A stretch of DNA of 64,000 nt from Halodesulfurarchaeum sp. HSR-GB. Lineage in GTDB: Archaea; Halobacteriota; Halobacteria; Halobacteriales; Halobacteriaceae. A program made the translations under genes and the position numbers. The DNA lies in the NCBI RefSeq assembly GCF_031432215.1, contig NZ_JAVKGN010000001.1, positions 1,167,421 to 1,231,420 on the forward strand. The letters are read 5' to 3'. This document shows, piece by piece, positions 49,301 through 58,325 of the stretch; within the stretch, counting starts at the first letter, position 1; each line of letters starts with the position of its first letter. The notes under the pieces are model-generated. The model worked only from the letters and a program-made list of their open reading frames with translations, ran no database searches and was not told the origin of the DNA.

Positions 49301-49944
49301 ATTCGTAACTCCGCCTCGTGGATGTGCTCCTGGACCTGTTCGAGTTCCTCGTGGGCGTCTGCCTTCTTCCGGTCGAACTCCGCGACGCCAGCGATCTCGT
49401 CGATGATCTCCCGGCGCTCGTGGGGGGTCATCTGGATGATGCCGGTCACGTCCCCCTGCATCACGACGTTGTAGCCCTCTGGGGTGACCCCGGCCGCGGC
49501 CAGCAGGTCCTGGATATCGGAAAGGTTCACCGAGCGCCCGTTCAGGTAGTAATAGGAGTAGTAGTTGTCCTCGGTCTGCTTGATCCGCCGTTTGACTCGG
49601 ATCTGATCGACTTCCTCGATGTCCTCGGTGCCGATCGCCGTGGCGATCTGGGAGGGCGAGATCGTGCGGTCCTCGTTGTCGAGGGTGACTTCGACGCTGG
49701 CCTCCCGAGCGCCGTCGTAGTCCCGGTCCTCCTCGTGGGCGGGATTGTAGATCAGGTCGGTGAGCTTCTGGGCGCGCATGCCACGGGTGCGAGCCAGGCC
49801 CAGCGCGAACAGGATCGCGTCGATGATGTTCGACTTGCCCGAGCCGTTCGGGCCGCTGATCGTGGTGAAATCCTCGTAGAAGGGGATCCTGGTGGTTCGT
49901 CCGAAGCTCTTGAAATTCTCCAGGACGATCTGGTCGATGTACAT
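46369..49944 (-). CDS. smc: Chromosome segregation protein SMC
   Basis: N-terminal Walker A FTTISGPNGSGKSNI, long coiled coils, hinge, C-terminal signature LSGGEKSLTALAF and Walker B (LDEIDAFLD). Confidence 0.95.
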   Translation of the reverse strand: MYIDQIVLENFKSFGRTTRIPFYEDFTTISGPNGSGKSNIIDAILFALGLARTRGMRAQKLTDLIYNPAHEEDRDYDGAREASVEVTLDNEDRTISPSQIATAIGTEDIEEVDQIRVKRRIKQTEDNYYSYYYLNGRSVNLSDIQDLLAAAGVTPEGYNVVMQGDVTGIIQMTPHERREIIDEIAGVAEFDRKKADAHEELEQVQEHIHEAELRIEEKETRLEQLEDERETALEYQGLREEKAEYEAYRDVAELEERRQELAATEADIEDREAELESMEAKLAEREERVTRLTEDLEDLEAEIERTGEEEQLELKREMEELKAEIGGLEDRIDGAEERIEEATETRRQAFVKIDRKQEEIEDLEGEIRELKVEKASLVGEKQDLQEEIESVEAEIEAVDTAYDDLRADLEAAKESLEAAKSERNDLQRKKDRYLDEARRRSTELESAREDKKAAQTRIEELDERLADLDRELEKARTNKTQIEEVIEDIENRREERRSDLEAVESKLDAAQEEYASLEARADESGDSSFGRAVTTIRNANIEGVHGPIAELGSVEEAYATACETAAGGRMAHVVVADDGVGERCIEHLKSRNAGRATFLPITEMEHRSLPSLPQDPGVIDFAYNLVDFDRTYAPVFSYVLGDTLVVEDMATAREFMGEFRLVTLDGDLVEKSGAMTGGSRSGSRYSFTATGQGKLERVAERIESLEDERASIEADITDLDEQLDRAREKRADAVESVREIESEIERAERDREEAETDIEELETRIAELEGERESVQAEMAELDAEIEAAEEEISTTEAEIEDLEAELAESKIPELTDEKESLQAEVADLEDRIEDIDSELNSLNLEKEYAESAIEDLHETVESAQNTKAEQEERIEDLEATIEQRREDIEEKEAEIAELESELADLKAEREDLREELAAARDERDETKNEAESLRNRIESLERSAQRLEAEVAKLEANVEETDPESVPDLETVEQNVRRLERQMARLEPVNMKAIEEYDTVESALDQLTEKHDELDEERAAIEERIDRYDRLKRENFMAAYEAINDQFQEIFERLSNGTGELSLEDPEQPFEGGMTMRAQPGDKPVQRLDAMSGGEKSLTALAFIFAVQRYNPAPFYALDEIDAFLDAANAERVGEMVDELASEAQFVVVSHRSAMLERSERAIGVTMQENNVSAVTGIDLAGREEAVADD

Positions 49945-49952
49945 CGAGAGGG

Positions 49953-50189
49953 TTAGCCGACGATTATGTCATCGCCGATTGTCTCGACGTCCCGTTCCTC
50001 CCCGTCCTCATCGCTCGTCTCTTCTGCCGCGAACAGTTCCTCGACGCTCTTCTCGGAATCCGTCTCCTCGGTCAACTCGGCTTCGAGGAGTCGGACGCGT
50101 TCCTGGAGGTCGAGTAGCTCCGTCGTCAGTCCGTCGACGGTCGCAGCGAGTTCTTCGACGCGGGCAGAATCGGCGTCGCCGTCGGTCAT
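49953..50189 (-). CDS. Small acidic coiled-coil protein upstream of smc
   Basis: 78 aa, heptad-like LxxLxxEL repeats, stop 9 nt before the smc start. Confidence 0.45.
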   Translation of the reverse strand: MTDGDADSARVEELAATVDGLTTELLDLQERVRLLEAELTEETDSEKSVEELFAAEETSDEDGEERDVETIGDDIIVG

Positions 50190-50297
50190 GCCTGGACGAA
50201 CCGCCGTGATCCTCTTAAAGCGTGCGGCAGACGCCCGTCAGACGACCGGCCCCACCCTTCGTCAGGTTAAAAGCCCTCGGTAGGGAATCGAAGCACA

Positions 50298-51776
50298 ATG
50301 ACACAGGCCTCAGCGCGGGACACTCTCGCTCCCGTCATCGGCCTCGAGGTCCACGTCCAGCTAGAGACGGCGACGAAGATCTTCTGTGGCTGTTCGACGG
50401 ACCCCGATCCCGAACCCAACACGCACACCTGTCCGGTCTGTCTCGGCCTCCCCGGCGCGTTGCCGGTTCTCAACGAGGCAGCCGTGGAGGCGGCGGTCAA
50501 ACTGGGCAAGGCGATCGAGGCCGACATCCCCGAGCGGACCCGCTTTCACCGGAAGAACTACTTCTATCCCGACCTCCCCAAGGGCTTTCAGATCACCCAG
50601 TACGACGCGCCGATCTGTGCCGGGGGGCAGTTGGAGATTTCCCACGAGGGCGAGCGCCGCGAGATCGGCATCGAGCGGGCCCACCTCGAGGAGGACCCGG
50701 GGAGTCTGCAACACGCCGGCGGCCACATCGACACCGCCGATTACACCCTCGTCGACTACAACCGCGCGGGAATCCCGCTGATGGAGATCGTCACCGAACC
50801 GGACTTCCGGAGCCCCGGCGAGGTCCGGGCGTTCCTGAGCAAACTCGAAGAGGTCCTTGAGTATCTGGGAATTTACGACGGCCAGCGCGACGGGAGTCTG
50901 CGGGTCGACGCCAACATCTCGCTGGTCGAGGCAAGCGAGATCGACTCGGACGGCGGGATCGCAGCGTCGGTGCTGGAATCGGCCAACCGGACCGAGGTGA
51001 AGAACATCTCCAGTCACAAGGGGGCCGAGACCGCCCTGGCCTACGAGGTCACCCGTCAGCGCAACGCCATCGAGCGCGGTCGGGAGGTCACCCAGGAGAC
51101 CCGCCACTGGGACGAGTCACGGGGCATCACGGTCTCGATGCGCGAGAAGGAAGCGGAGAAGGAGTACCGATACTTCCGGGAAGCGGACATCCCGCCGCTG
51201 GAGGTCAAAGACTGGAAGGAGAAGATCCCGATCCCGGAACTTCCCGAGGCCCGTCGCGAACGGTTCCAGGCCGAGTACGACCTGGGCGAGGAGGCGGCGG
51301 CGAAACTCACCTCGACGAAGCAGGTCGCGGACTTCTTCGAGGACATCGCGGATCGCTTTGCCCCCGATCTGGCGGCGACCTGGGTTGCGGACGATCTGCT
51401 GGGCGAACTCAACTACCGGGACATGGCGATCACCGACATCGCCGACCGCTTCGAGGAGTTCACCCGGCTGGTCGAGATGGTCGCCGCGGAGGAGATCACC
51501 GAGAAGAACGCCCGCGAGGTCGTCCTTCGCCGGATGCTTGATGACGGCGAGCGTCCGGATGAAATCGTCGAGGCGGCGGGACTGGGCAAGACGACCGGCG
51601 ACGAAGTGGCCCAGGCCGTGAAGACGGCCATCGAGGAGAACCCCGACGCCGTCGAAGACTATCACGCGGGCGAGGGCGGGGCCATCAACTTCCTCGTCGG
51701 GCAGGTCATGCAGCAGACCGGCGGCAGCGCCGACCCGGGCGAGGTCAACCAGCTCCTCCAGGAGCAACTGGAGTAA
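50298..51776 (+). CDS. gatB: Asp-tRNA(Asn)/Glu-tRNA(Gln) amidotransferase subunit B
   Basis: GLEVHVQL, CPVCLGLPGALP, YDLG/YqeY-like C-terminal domain. Confidence 0.9.
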   Translation: MTQASARDTLAPVIGLEVHVQLETATKIFCGCSTDPDPEPNTHTCPVCLGLPGALPVLNEAAVEAAVKLGKAIEADIPERTRFHRKNYFYPDLPKGFQITQYDAPICAGGQLEISHEGERREIGIERAHLEEDPGSLQHAGGHIDTADYTLVDYNRAGIPLMEIVTEPDFRSPGEVRAFLSKLEEVLEYLGIYDGQRDGSLRVDANISLVEASEIDSDGGIAASVLESANRTEVKNISSHKGAETALAYEVTRQRNAIERGREVTQETRHWDESRGITVSMREKEAEKEYRYFREADIPPLEVKDWKEKIPIPELPEARRERFQAEYDLGEEAAAKLTSTKQVADFFEDIADRFAPDLAATWVADDLLGELNYRDMAITDIADRFEEFTRLVEMVAAEEITEKNAREVVLRRMLDDGERPDEIVEAAGLGKTTGDEVAQAVKTAIEENPDAVEDYHAGEGGAINFLVGQVMQQTGGSADPGEVNQLLQEQLE

Positions 51777-51973
51777 ACTCGGAGTTAAGCGGTTTTGCGG
51801 CCGTTTCGAGACACGCGAGAGCGAATTACCGACTCGCGGCCCAGTAATAGGTGGCCCGGTAGAGCCCATAAAGAGTCCAGTCGAAGAGTCCGACGGTTGC
51901 AACGAGGCTGGGGCCCAGTCACGAACGACGAAATCCTTACAAACCGGTCCGGCTTACGGCCAACTCAGTTCCC

Positions 51974-54451
51974 GTGGAACTCATCATCACCGAGAAAAAC
52001 AACGCGGCCCGCCGCATCGCAGACATCCTCAGCGACGGTTCAGCCCGAACCGAACGCGTCGGGGGCGTCGACGTGTACGCCTGGGGGACCCACCGCGTGA
52101 TCGGGCTCGCCGGCCACGTCGTCGGGGTGGACTTCCCGCCGGAGTACGAGGACTGGCGGGACGTCGAACCGGCCGAACTGGTTCACGCGCCGATCGAGAC
52201 CCGGGTGACGAAACCGGACATCGTCACCAGCCTCAAGCGACTCGCGGGGAAGGCCGACCGCGTCGTGATCGCCACCGACTACGACCGCGAGGGCGAACTC
52301 ATCGGGAAGGAGGCCTACGAACTCGTCCGCGAGGTCGAGGAGTCGGTGCCGGTCGATCGGGTCCGGTTCTCCTCGATCACCGAAAACGAGGTGAAAACCG
52401 CCTTCGCGAACCCGGACGAACTGGACTTCGAGTTGGCCGCGGCCGGCGAAGCCCGCCAGCGCATCGACCTGCTCTGGGGGGCCGCGCTCACCCGCTTTCT
52501 CTCGCTTTCGGCCGGCCAGCGTGGCCAGGACTTCATCAGCGTGGGCCGGGTCCAGACGCCCACGCTCAAACTCGTCGTCGACAAGGAGCGGGAGATCCAG
52601 GCCTTCGATCCCGAGACTTATTGGGAACTCTTCGCCGATCTCGCGGGTGGCGAGACGACCTTCCAGGCCCAGTACTTCTACGACGATGACGGGTCGGAAG
52701 CCGAACGGATCTGGGACGAAACGCATGCCACCGATGCCGAGGCGGACCTCGCCGGGGCCGGGACCGCGAGTGTGGAATCGGTCCGGCGACGACAGCGCAC
52801 CGACGACCCGCCCGCACCCTTCGACACCACGCAGTTCATCAAGGCGGCCGGGTCGCTGGGGTTCAACGCGGGTCAGGCGATGAGCATCGCCGAGGACCTC
52901 TATACCGCTGGCTACATCACCTACCCGCGAACCGACAACACCGTCTATCCGGACGATCTGGAGCCGGCCGAGTTGCTCGCGCTCTTCGAGGGAACTCCCT
53001 TCGACGAGGCGGCGAGTTCGCTCCTTGCGGGCGAGGACCTGGAGCCGACCCGTGGGGACTCCGAGACGACCGATCACCCGCCGATTCACCCCACGCCGGA
53101 CGTGCCCGACCAGGGGGATCTCTCCGAGGACGAGTGGACGGTCTACGAACTCGTGACCCGTCGCTTTTTCGCGACGCTCGCGGAGCCGGCCATCTGGGAG
53201 CACCTGCGCGTGGTGGCCGTCGCCGAGGGCCGCTCGCTCAAGGCAAACGGCAAGCGCCTGGTCGAGCCGGGGTATCACGCGGTTTACCCCTACGTCGACA
53301 CGTCGGAGAATTACGTCCCCGATCTGGAGGAGGGCCAGACCCTCCAGATTTCCGCTGTCGACCTCGAAGAGAAGGAGACCCAGCCACCCCGACGGTACGG
53401 CCAGTCTCGGCTCATCGAGACCATGGAGAAGCTGGGCATCGGGACGAAGAGTACCCGCCACAACACCATCGAGAAGCTCTACGACCGCGGGTATCTGGAG
53501 GACGACCCGCCGCGTCCGACCCAGCTCGCGATGGCGGTCGTGGAGGCCGCCGAGGAGTACGCCGACCTGGTCGTCAGCGAGGAGATGACCCAGGAACTCG
53601 AAGCGGAGATGACGGCCATCGTCGAGGGCGAGAAGGACCTCGAGGATGTCACTGCAGACTCCCGGGACGCACTGGACCGAATTTTCGACTTGCTCGGGGC
53701 TTCACGCGCGGAAATCGGTGATCACCTTCGGTCCTCGCTGAAGGCCGACCGAACCCTCGGGCCCTGCCCGGAATGTGGCCGGGACCTTTTGGTTCGCGAG
53801 AACCGGTATGGCTCCTACTTCGTGGGGTGTGATGGCTATCCGGACTGTGAGTTCACCGCCCCGCTCCCGAACCGTGGCGAGCCCCAGGTCATGGACGAGA
53901 CCTGTGACCGGCACGACCTGCACCACATCAAGATGCTCGACGGGCGGAACACCTTCGTTCACGGCTGTCCGCTCTGCCAGGTCGAGGACGCCGAGTCCAC
54001 CGAGGACACGGTTATCGGCCCGTGTCCGGAGTGTGGTGAGGACCACGGCGGCGAACTGGCGATCAAGCACCTGCGAAACGGCTCCCGACTGGTCGGCTGT
54101 ACCCGCTACCCCGACTGTGAGTACGCCGTCCCGTTGCCCCGCCGCGGTGAGATCGAGGTCACCGAGGAGCGGTGTGCGGAACACGACCTGCCCAAACTCC
54201 GCATTCACGACGACGATGACGAGCCCTGGGAGTTCGGCTGTCCGATCTGTAACTATCAGGAGTACGCCGCCCGGCAGAACGGCGACCTCGAATCCATCGA
54301 CGGCATCGGGGAAAAGACGAAGGACAAGCTCATCGAGGCCGGGATCGAGTCCGTGCCGGATTTGATTTCGGCCGACCCGGAGGAGTTGGCTGGCAACGTC
54401 GATGGGGTCTCGGCCGACCGGATCCGTGACTGGCAACAGAGCGTGGGCTGA
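51974..54451 (+). CDS. topA: DNA topoisomerase I (type IA) with C-terminal zinc ribbons and HhH
   Basis: Toprim N-terminus (LIITEKNNAARRIA, E in TEK). Catalytic Tyr region (GYITYPRTD). Multiple CPECG/CxxC zinc ribbons. C-terminal HhH (SIDGIGEKTKDKL). GTG start at 51974. Confidence 0.9.
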   Translation: MELIITEKNNAARRIADILSDGSARTERVGGVDVYAWGTHRVIGLAGHVVGVDFPPEYEDWRDVEPAELVHAPIETRVTKPDIVTSLKRLAGKADRVVIATDYDREGELIGKEAYELVREVEESVPVDRVRFSSITENEVKTAFANPDELDFELAAAGEARQRIDLLWGAALTRFLSLSAGQRGQDFISVGRVQTPTLKLVVDKEREIQAFDPETYWELFADLAGGETTFQAQYFYDDDGSEAERIWDETHATDAEADLAGAGTASVESVRRRQRTDDPPAPFDTTQFIKAAGSLGFNAGQAMSIAEDLYTAGYITYPRTDNTVYPDDLEPAELLALFEGTPFDEAASSLLAGEDLEPTRGDSETTDHPPIHPTPDVPDQGDLSEDEWTVYELVTRRFFATLAEPAIWEHLRVVAVAEGRSLKANGKRLVEPGYHAVYPYVDTSENYVPDLEEGQTLQISAVDLEEKETQPPRRYGQSRLIETMEKLGIGTKSTRHNTIEKLYDRGYLEDDPPRPTQLAMAVVEAAEEYADLVVSEEMTQELEAEMTAIVEGEKDLEDVTADSRDALDRIFDLLGASRAEIGDHLRSSLKADRTLGPCPECGRDLLVRENRYGSYFVGCDGYPDCEFTAPLPNRGEPQVMDETCDRHDLHHIKMLDGRNTFVHGCPLCQVEDAESTEDTVIGPCPECGEDHGGELAIKHLRNGSRLVGCTRYPDCEYAVPLPRRGEIEVTEERCAEHDLPKLRIHDDDDEPWEFGCPICNYQEYAARQNGDLESIDGIGEKTKDKLIEAGIESVPDLISADPEELAGNVDGVSADRIRDWQQSVG

Positions 54452-54492
54452 CCCCGAGAGTTTTAACCCGATCCCGGCCCTGGATTCCAGTA

Positions 54493-55785
54493 ATGCGCCT
54501 CGACGAGTACATCGAGGGCTTCCAGCCCGACGAGTCGGCCCGCCGTCGCCGCCTCGCCGAGGAGAAGTCCTACGAGATCATCGATTACGTCGAGGACCTC
54601 CAGACCGGACTCCAGTCCTCGCTCCAGGGTGATTCGCTCGTGGGGAGTACCTCCCCGTCAGTGTTCGTGGGCCGCTCGTCGTATCCGAACGTGAGCACCG
54701 GGATTCTCGCGCCGGTCGGCCAGGAGGACACCGCGGCCGAGTTTGCCACCAGCGGCGAGTGGTACCAGCGAGGACTGGACATCGAGAACGTCCTGCAGTA
54801 CCGCACCGGCTTGCTCAACTCCCGGCGTTCGGCCAAGGTGGACGTCGAGGACGTCTGGGACGGCTTTGTGGGCACCCAGCGGGAGGTCGCCATCGCTGAT
54901 CGCCCGGTCGACGTCGAAATCGGGCTCCGGGACACCCCGGAGATCGACCTGGACCGGTATCGCAACCCGCAGGCCAACGCGCCGAGCGGTCCGAGCGCGA
55001 CTGCCGACCGGGCGGAGTTGGGTGAAAATCCGCACGTGCCCCGGCAGGTCAAAAAGACCCTGGAGGACGACGACTGGCGGGCCGAGGGTGCGATGACCTA
55101 CCTCTATCGCCGTGGCTTTGACGTGTACGACATCAATCAGGTGCTCTCGGTGGGCGCACTCGGCCAGTCGCAGAACCGACGGCTCGTGCCCACCCGTTGG
55201 TCGATCACGGCCGTCGACGACACCGTCTCGAAGTTCCTGCGGGGGTCGATCCGGAACGCGCCGTCGATCGACCAGGTGCAGGTATTCGTCAACGAGTACA
55301 TCGGCAACCGGTACTGGGTCGTGCTGGCCCCCGGCTCCTGGGAGTTCGAACTCGTGGAGATGAAAGCCCCGGGCAGCATCTGGAACCCGGAGCCGACCGG
55401 CGAGATCTTCATGTCGAGTGCCTACGAGAACTACGAGGGCCGCTCGGGCTACGTGGAGGAGACCGCCGGGGCGTACTACGCCGCCCGTCTGGGCGTGCTC
55501 GAATACCTGGAATCGATCGGGCGGCAGGCCAAAGCGCTGGTGCTCCGGGAGGTGTCGGACGATTACTGGGCTCCAGTCGGGGTCTGGCAGGTCAGAGAGA
55601 GCGTGCGCAACGCCTTTGAGGAGGGGCCAAAGCCCGATCTGGCGGGCGAACCCGGCGTCGCCGAGACCTTCGAGTCGGCGATCGGACAGACCGTCCCCCA
55701 CCTGCCGGTCTCGCTGGGTGCGCTTCGCCGGAAGTCAGAACTCGTCGCGGGCCGGCAGGCCGGCCTGGCGGACTTCCAGGCGTAG
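54493..55785 (+). CDS. Nre-family (NreA-like) archaeal DNA repair-associated protein (DUF650/DUF651-type)
   Basis: About 430-aa archaea-specific protein with an overall pattern reminiscent of Nre proteins. Assignment from recall of family features, not a motif-level match. Confidence 0.5.
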   Translation: MRLDEYIEGFQPDESARRRRLAEEKSYEIIDYVEDLQTGLQSSLQGDSLVGSTSPSVFVGRSSYPNVSTGILAPVGQEDTAAEFATSGEWYQRGLDIENVLQYRTGLLNSRRSAKVDVEDVWDGFVGTQREVAIADRPVDVEIGLRDTPEIDLDRYRNPQANAPSGPSATADRAELGENPHVPRQVKKTLEDDDWRAEGAMTYLYRRGFDVYDINQVLSVGALGQSQNRRLVPTRWSITAVDDTVSKFLRGSIRNAPSIDQVQVFVNEYIGNRYWVVLAPGSWEFELVEMKAPGSIWNPEPTGEIFMSSAYENYEGRSGYVEETAGAYYAARLGVLEYLESIGRQAKALVLREVSDDYWAPVGVWQVRESVRNAFEEGPKPDLAGEPGVAETFESAIGQTVPHLPVSLGALRRKSELVAGRQAGLADFQA

Positions 55786-55830
55786 TGCCGGGGCCAGAAG
55801 GATTAATCGGGTTCCGCTCCCAGGTCGGGT

Positions 55831-56610
55831 ATGAGCGATACTGACCCGTGGCGACCGGTGGCCCCCCGTGGTTCCCATCAGGGGTACGCCCTGCTCGGGG
55901 CGATCGCGGCGGGTATCGGTGGCATTCTTTTGGCCTTCGGGCTCTCAGCAGTCCTCGGTCTGGCTATTGGCGGGTTCTTTCGTGACCTGTCGCTTCTGGT
56001 CATGGTCGGTCTCCTCTTTCTCACGAGTGCCCTGGGGCTCGTGGGTGGGGGCGTCCTCTATCTCCGATATCGTGGCCTCTCGCCGCGAGCCTACGTCCCT
56101 GCGGACGTTCCCGGACTGCGTGATCTACTCTATGCAGGGGGTGGCTACGTGGCGGCGATGGGGCTTGTCTTCGCCGCCGGCGTGGCGCTCACCGTCGGTG
56201 GGGTTCAGCCGGAGACCACAAACCAGGCCGCGGAACTGGGCATCGAGAACCCGGAACTGCTGCTCTGGCTCGTCCCGCTCTCCCTTTTCGTGATTGCACC
56301 CAGCGAGGAGTTCCTGTTTCGGGGGGTCGTCCAGGGACGACTTCGCGAGGCGTTTTCGGCCCAACTCGCGATCCCGCTGACGGCCGCACTCTTCGCGCTG
56401 GTTCACTACTTCTCGTTGACGGGCGGCAGCGGGGCCCGATTCATCGCCATCGCGATCCTCTTCCTGCCGAGTCTGGTCTTCGGGGTGGCCTACGAGCGCA
56501 CCGAGAACCTGGTGGTCCCAATTTTGATCCACGGCGTGTACAATTCCACCCTGGTGCTGTTGCTCTACGTCTCGATCTCGGTCATGGGAGACGTGCCCGC
56601 CGCGATCTGA
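55831..56610 (+). CDS. CPBP-family intramembrane metalloprotease
   Basis: EExxxR (SEEFLFRGVVQG), FALVHY, HGVYN motifs. About 7 TM helices. Confidence 0.75.
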   Translation: MSDTDPWRPVAPRGSHQGYALLGAIAAGIGGILLAFGLSAVLGLAIGGFFRDLSLLVMVGLLFLTSALGLVGGGVLYLRYRGLSPRAYVPADVPGLRDLLYAGGGYVAAMGLVFAAGVALTVGGVQPETTNQAAELGIENPELLLWLVPLSLFVIAPSEEFLFRGVVQGRLREAFSAQLAIPLTAALFALVHYFSLTGGSGARFIAIAILFLPSLVFGVAYERTENLVVPILIHGVYNSTLVLLLYVSISVMGDVPAAI

Positions 56611-56892
56611 TTACTCCTCGGTCGGAACCGGGCCGGTACCGATGACCCCTTCGACGGCCTCGCGGAAGGCCTGTCGAGTGGGGAAGTACGTCTCGTCGAT
56701 CTCCGCCAGGATGTCGGTGAGTTCCTGGGGCCCATCCGGCGTCCGGACGACGGTGTCGCCCTCTTTGCGGTCGATTTCGCTCTTCTGGATCGCCCAGGTC
56801 AGTCGCTCGGCGATCCGGGCGATCGGGGCGCCCTCCACGTCGGGGCCCGAACCCAGTTCGACGCCGTCCGCTTCGTCGGTGTCCTCGGCCAT
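56611..56892 (-). CDS. Small acidic hypothetical protein (93 aa)
   Basis: ATG at 56892, high GC3. Sits in the C-terminal part of a long shadow ORF. Confidence 0.45.
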   Translation of the reverse strand: MAEDTDEADGVELGSGPDVEGAPIARIAERLTWAIQKSEIDRKEGDTVVRTPDGPQELTDILAEIDETYFPTRQAFREAVEGVIGTGPVPTEE

Positions 56893-56964
56893 GGAAGGGG
56901 CTTTTCCCGGCCGCCGATTCAAGCTTTCGATGCACTGCGCCGGCGGCCCGTCTGACATAGTGTT

Positions 56965-57876
56965 ATGGGCCTCCGGTTCCAACGGGGCCGTATGCCAAGC
57001 CTGGGGGAGACCTACGAGCGCCGGGTCGGGGTTGCGAGCCGCAAGCAGGTGCTCCTGGGAACCGGGCTCTTCGTCGCCGGGGCCGTCCTCCTCGTGGCCG
57101 CGATCCTGATCGGTGGCACTGGACTCCTGGTGGAGAACGGCTTTGGCGTCCTGGAGAGCCGGGAGATAGCGGGTATCCTCGGCGGCGTCGGGATCCCGGC
57201 GGTGTTCCTGGGGGTGACGATCGTCCTCCCAGCGACGCGGTTCCACAAGACCGCTGCCGGACTCGGGGCCGCCCTGGCCCTCGTCGGCGTGGCGCTCTTC
57301 CGGCATGCCTACCCCGAGAACTGGTATGCCAGCCCGGGTGTCCCCTCGACGCTGGTCCTGGGCCTGCTGCTGGTCTACTTCGCCGGCATCCTGGTCTCCT
57401 TCTGGACGCTTTTCACCGCCGTCGCGACCTTCAAGACCCGAAACGATCCCGGGGGCACGGTCTCGCTCTCTGTCGACAACCCGGGGGCGACGGTGCGGGC
57501 GGTCGAGGCCGTCCAGACCGAGTTCCAGAACGCCGGGAAGGCCATCAGCAGCGGTCTGGGCGGTATCGGGACCTTCGGGGACGAGACCGAAACCACGGAT
57601 CTCGGGCCACAGCCCCACCAACAGGCCGGCTCCGTATCGGACGGCGGGGTCTCGGCGGACGCCGAGATCGTCGAACCGGGCGCGGAGCGTACGGCCCAGG
57701 CAGACGACGGCGAGGTGATGGACGAACCCGCAACCGGGCCGGATCAGTACTGTGGGAACTGTACGCACTTCGAGTACACCGAGCGGGACGGCGACATGCA
57801 CCCCTACTGTGGGCTCTCAGAGGAGCCGATGGACGACATGGCGGCCTGCCAGTGGTGGCAGGGGAACGCGAGTTAA
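56965..57876 (+). CDS. Membrane protein with C-terminal cysteine-rich (zinc-finger-like) domain
   Basis: Four or five TM helices, then an acidic linker and CGNCTHFEY...HPYCGLSEEPMDDMAACQWW. An alternative start is at 56992. Confidence 0.5.
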   Translation: MGLRFQRGRMPSLGETYERRVGVASRKQVLLGTGLFVAGAVLLVAAILIGGTGLLVENGFGVLESREIAGILGGVGIPAVFLGVTIVLPATRFHKTAAGLGAALALVGVALFRHAYPENWYASPGVPSTLVLGLLLVYFAGILVSFWTLFTAVATFKTRNDPGGTVSLSVDNPGATVRAVEAVQTEFQNAGKAISSGLGGIGTFGDETETTDLGPQPHQQAGSVSDGGVSADAEIVEPGAERTAQADDGEVMDEPATGPDQYCGNCTHFEYTERDGDMHPYCGLSEEPMDDMAACQWWQGNAS

Positions 57877-58325
57877 TCGGGTAACTGCGCCCGGAGGTGT
57901 TCCCAGTGGCTCCCGATCCAGTAGAACTGCCCACAGTCCCGACACTGCCAGACCCGCTCGTCGGTGGGGTCGGGCCCGGCTTCTGGACCCGGTCCCGATT
58001 CGACCCGCGCTAACGGCCCGTTACAGCGCGAACAGCGGGTCGGCTCCGTCAGTTCGAGTTCGAACCCGGCGTCGGCCAGTTCCGCGAGCTGGTCCTGTGG
58101 ATCGAGTTCCTTCAGCAGCAGGCTGTCACCCGCTCGCTCGGCGACGTCAACGTCCCGCGTGAGAAGCAGTCGCCCCTCCTGCTCGGCCCAGGCGAGGATC
58201 GCCTCGTCGGCCTCGATGTCCCGGTCGAGTGCGTAGGCCGTGTCGTAGCCAACCATCCGGAGAATCGAGACGAGCCCGCCGAGCATCACGTCGAGGAGAA
58301 GTCGGGTGTCCGCGGGCCGGGCCAT
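57873..58325 (-). CDS. Mut7-C RNase domain protein (PIN-like NYN fold plus zinc ribbon)
   Basis: N-terminal LLLDVMLGGL...ILTRD PIN-like segment, C-terminal CSRCNG...CRDCGQFYWIGSHW zinc ribbon. ATGA-coupled to PolX. Confidence 0.7.
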   Translation of the reverse strand: MARPADTRLLLDVMLGGLVSILRMVGYDTAYALDRDIEADEAILAWAEQEGRLLLTRDVDVAERAGDSLLLKELDPQDQLAELADAGFELELTEPTRCSRCNGPLARVESGPGPEAGPDPTDERVWQCRDCGQFYWIGSHWEHLRAQLPD

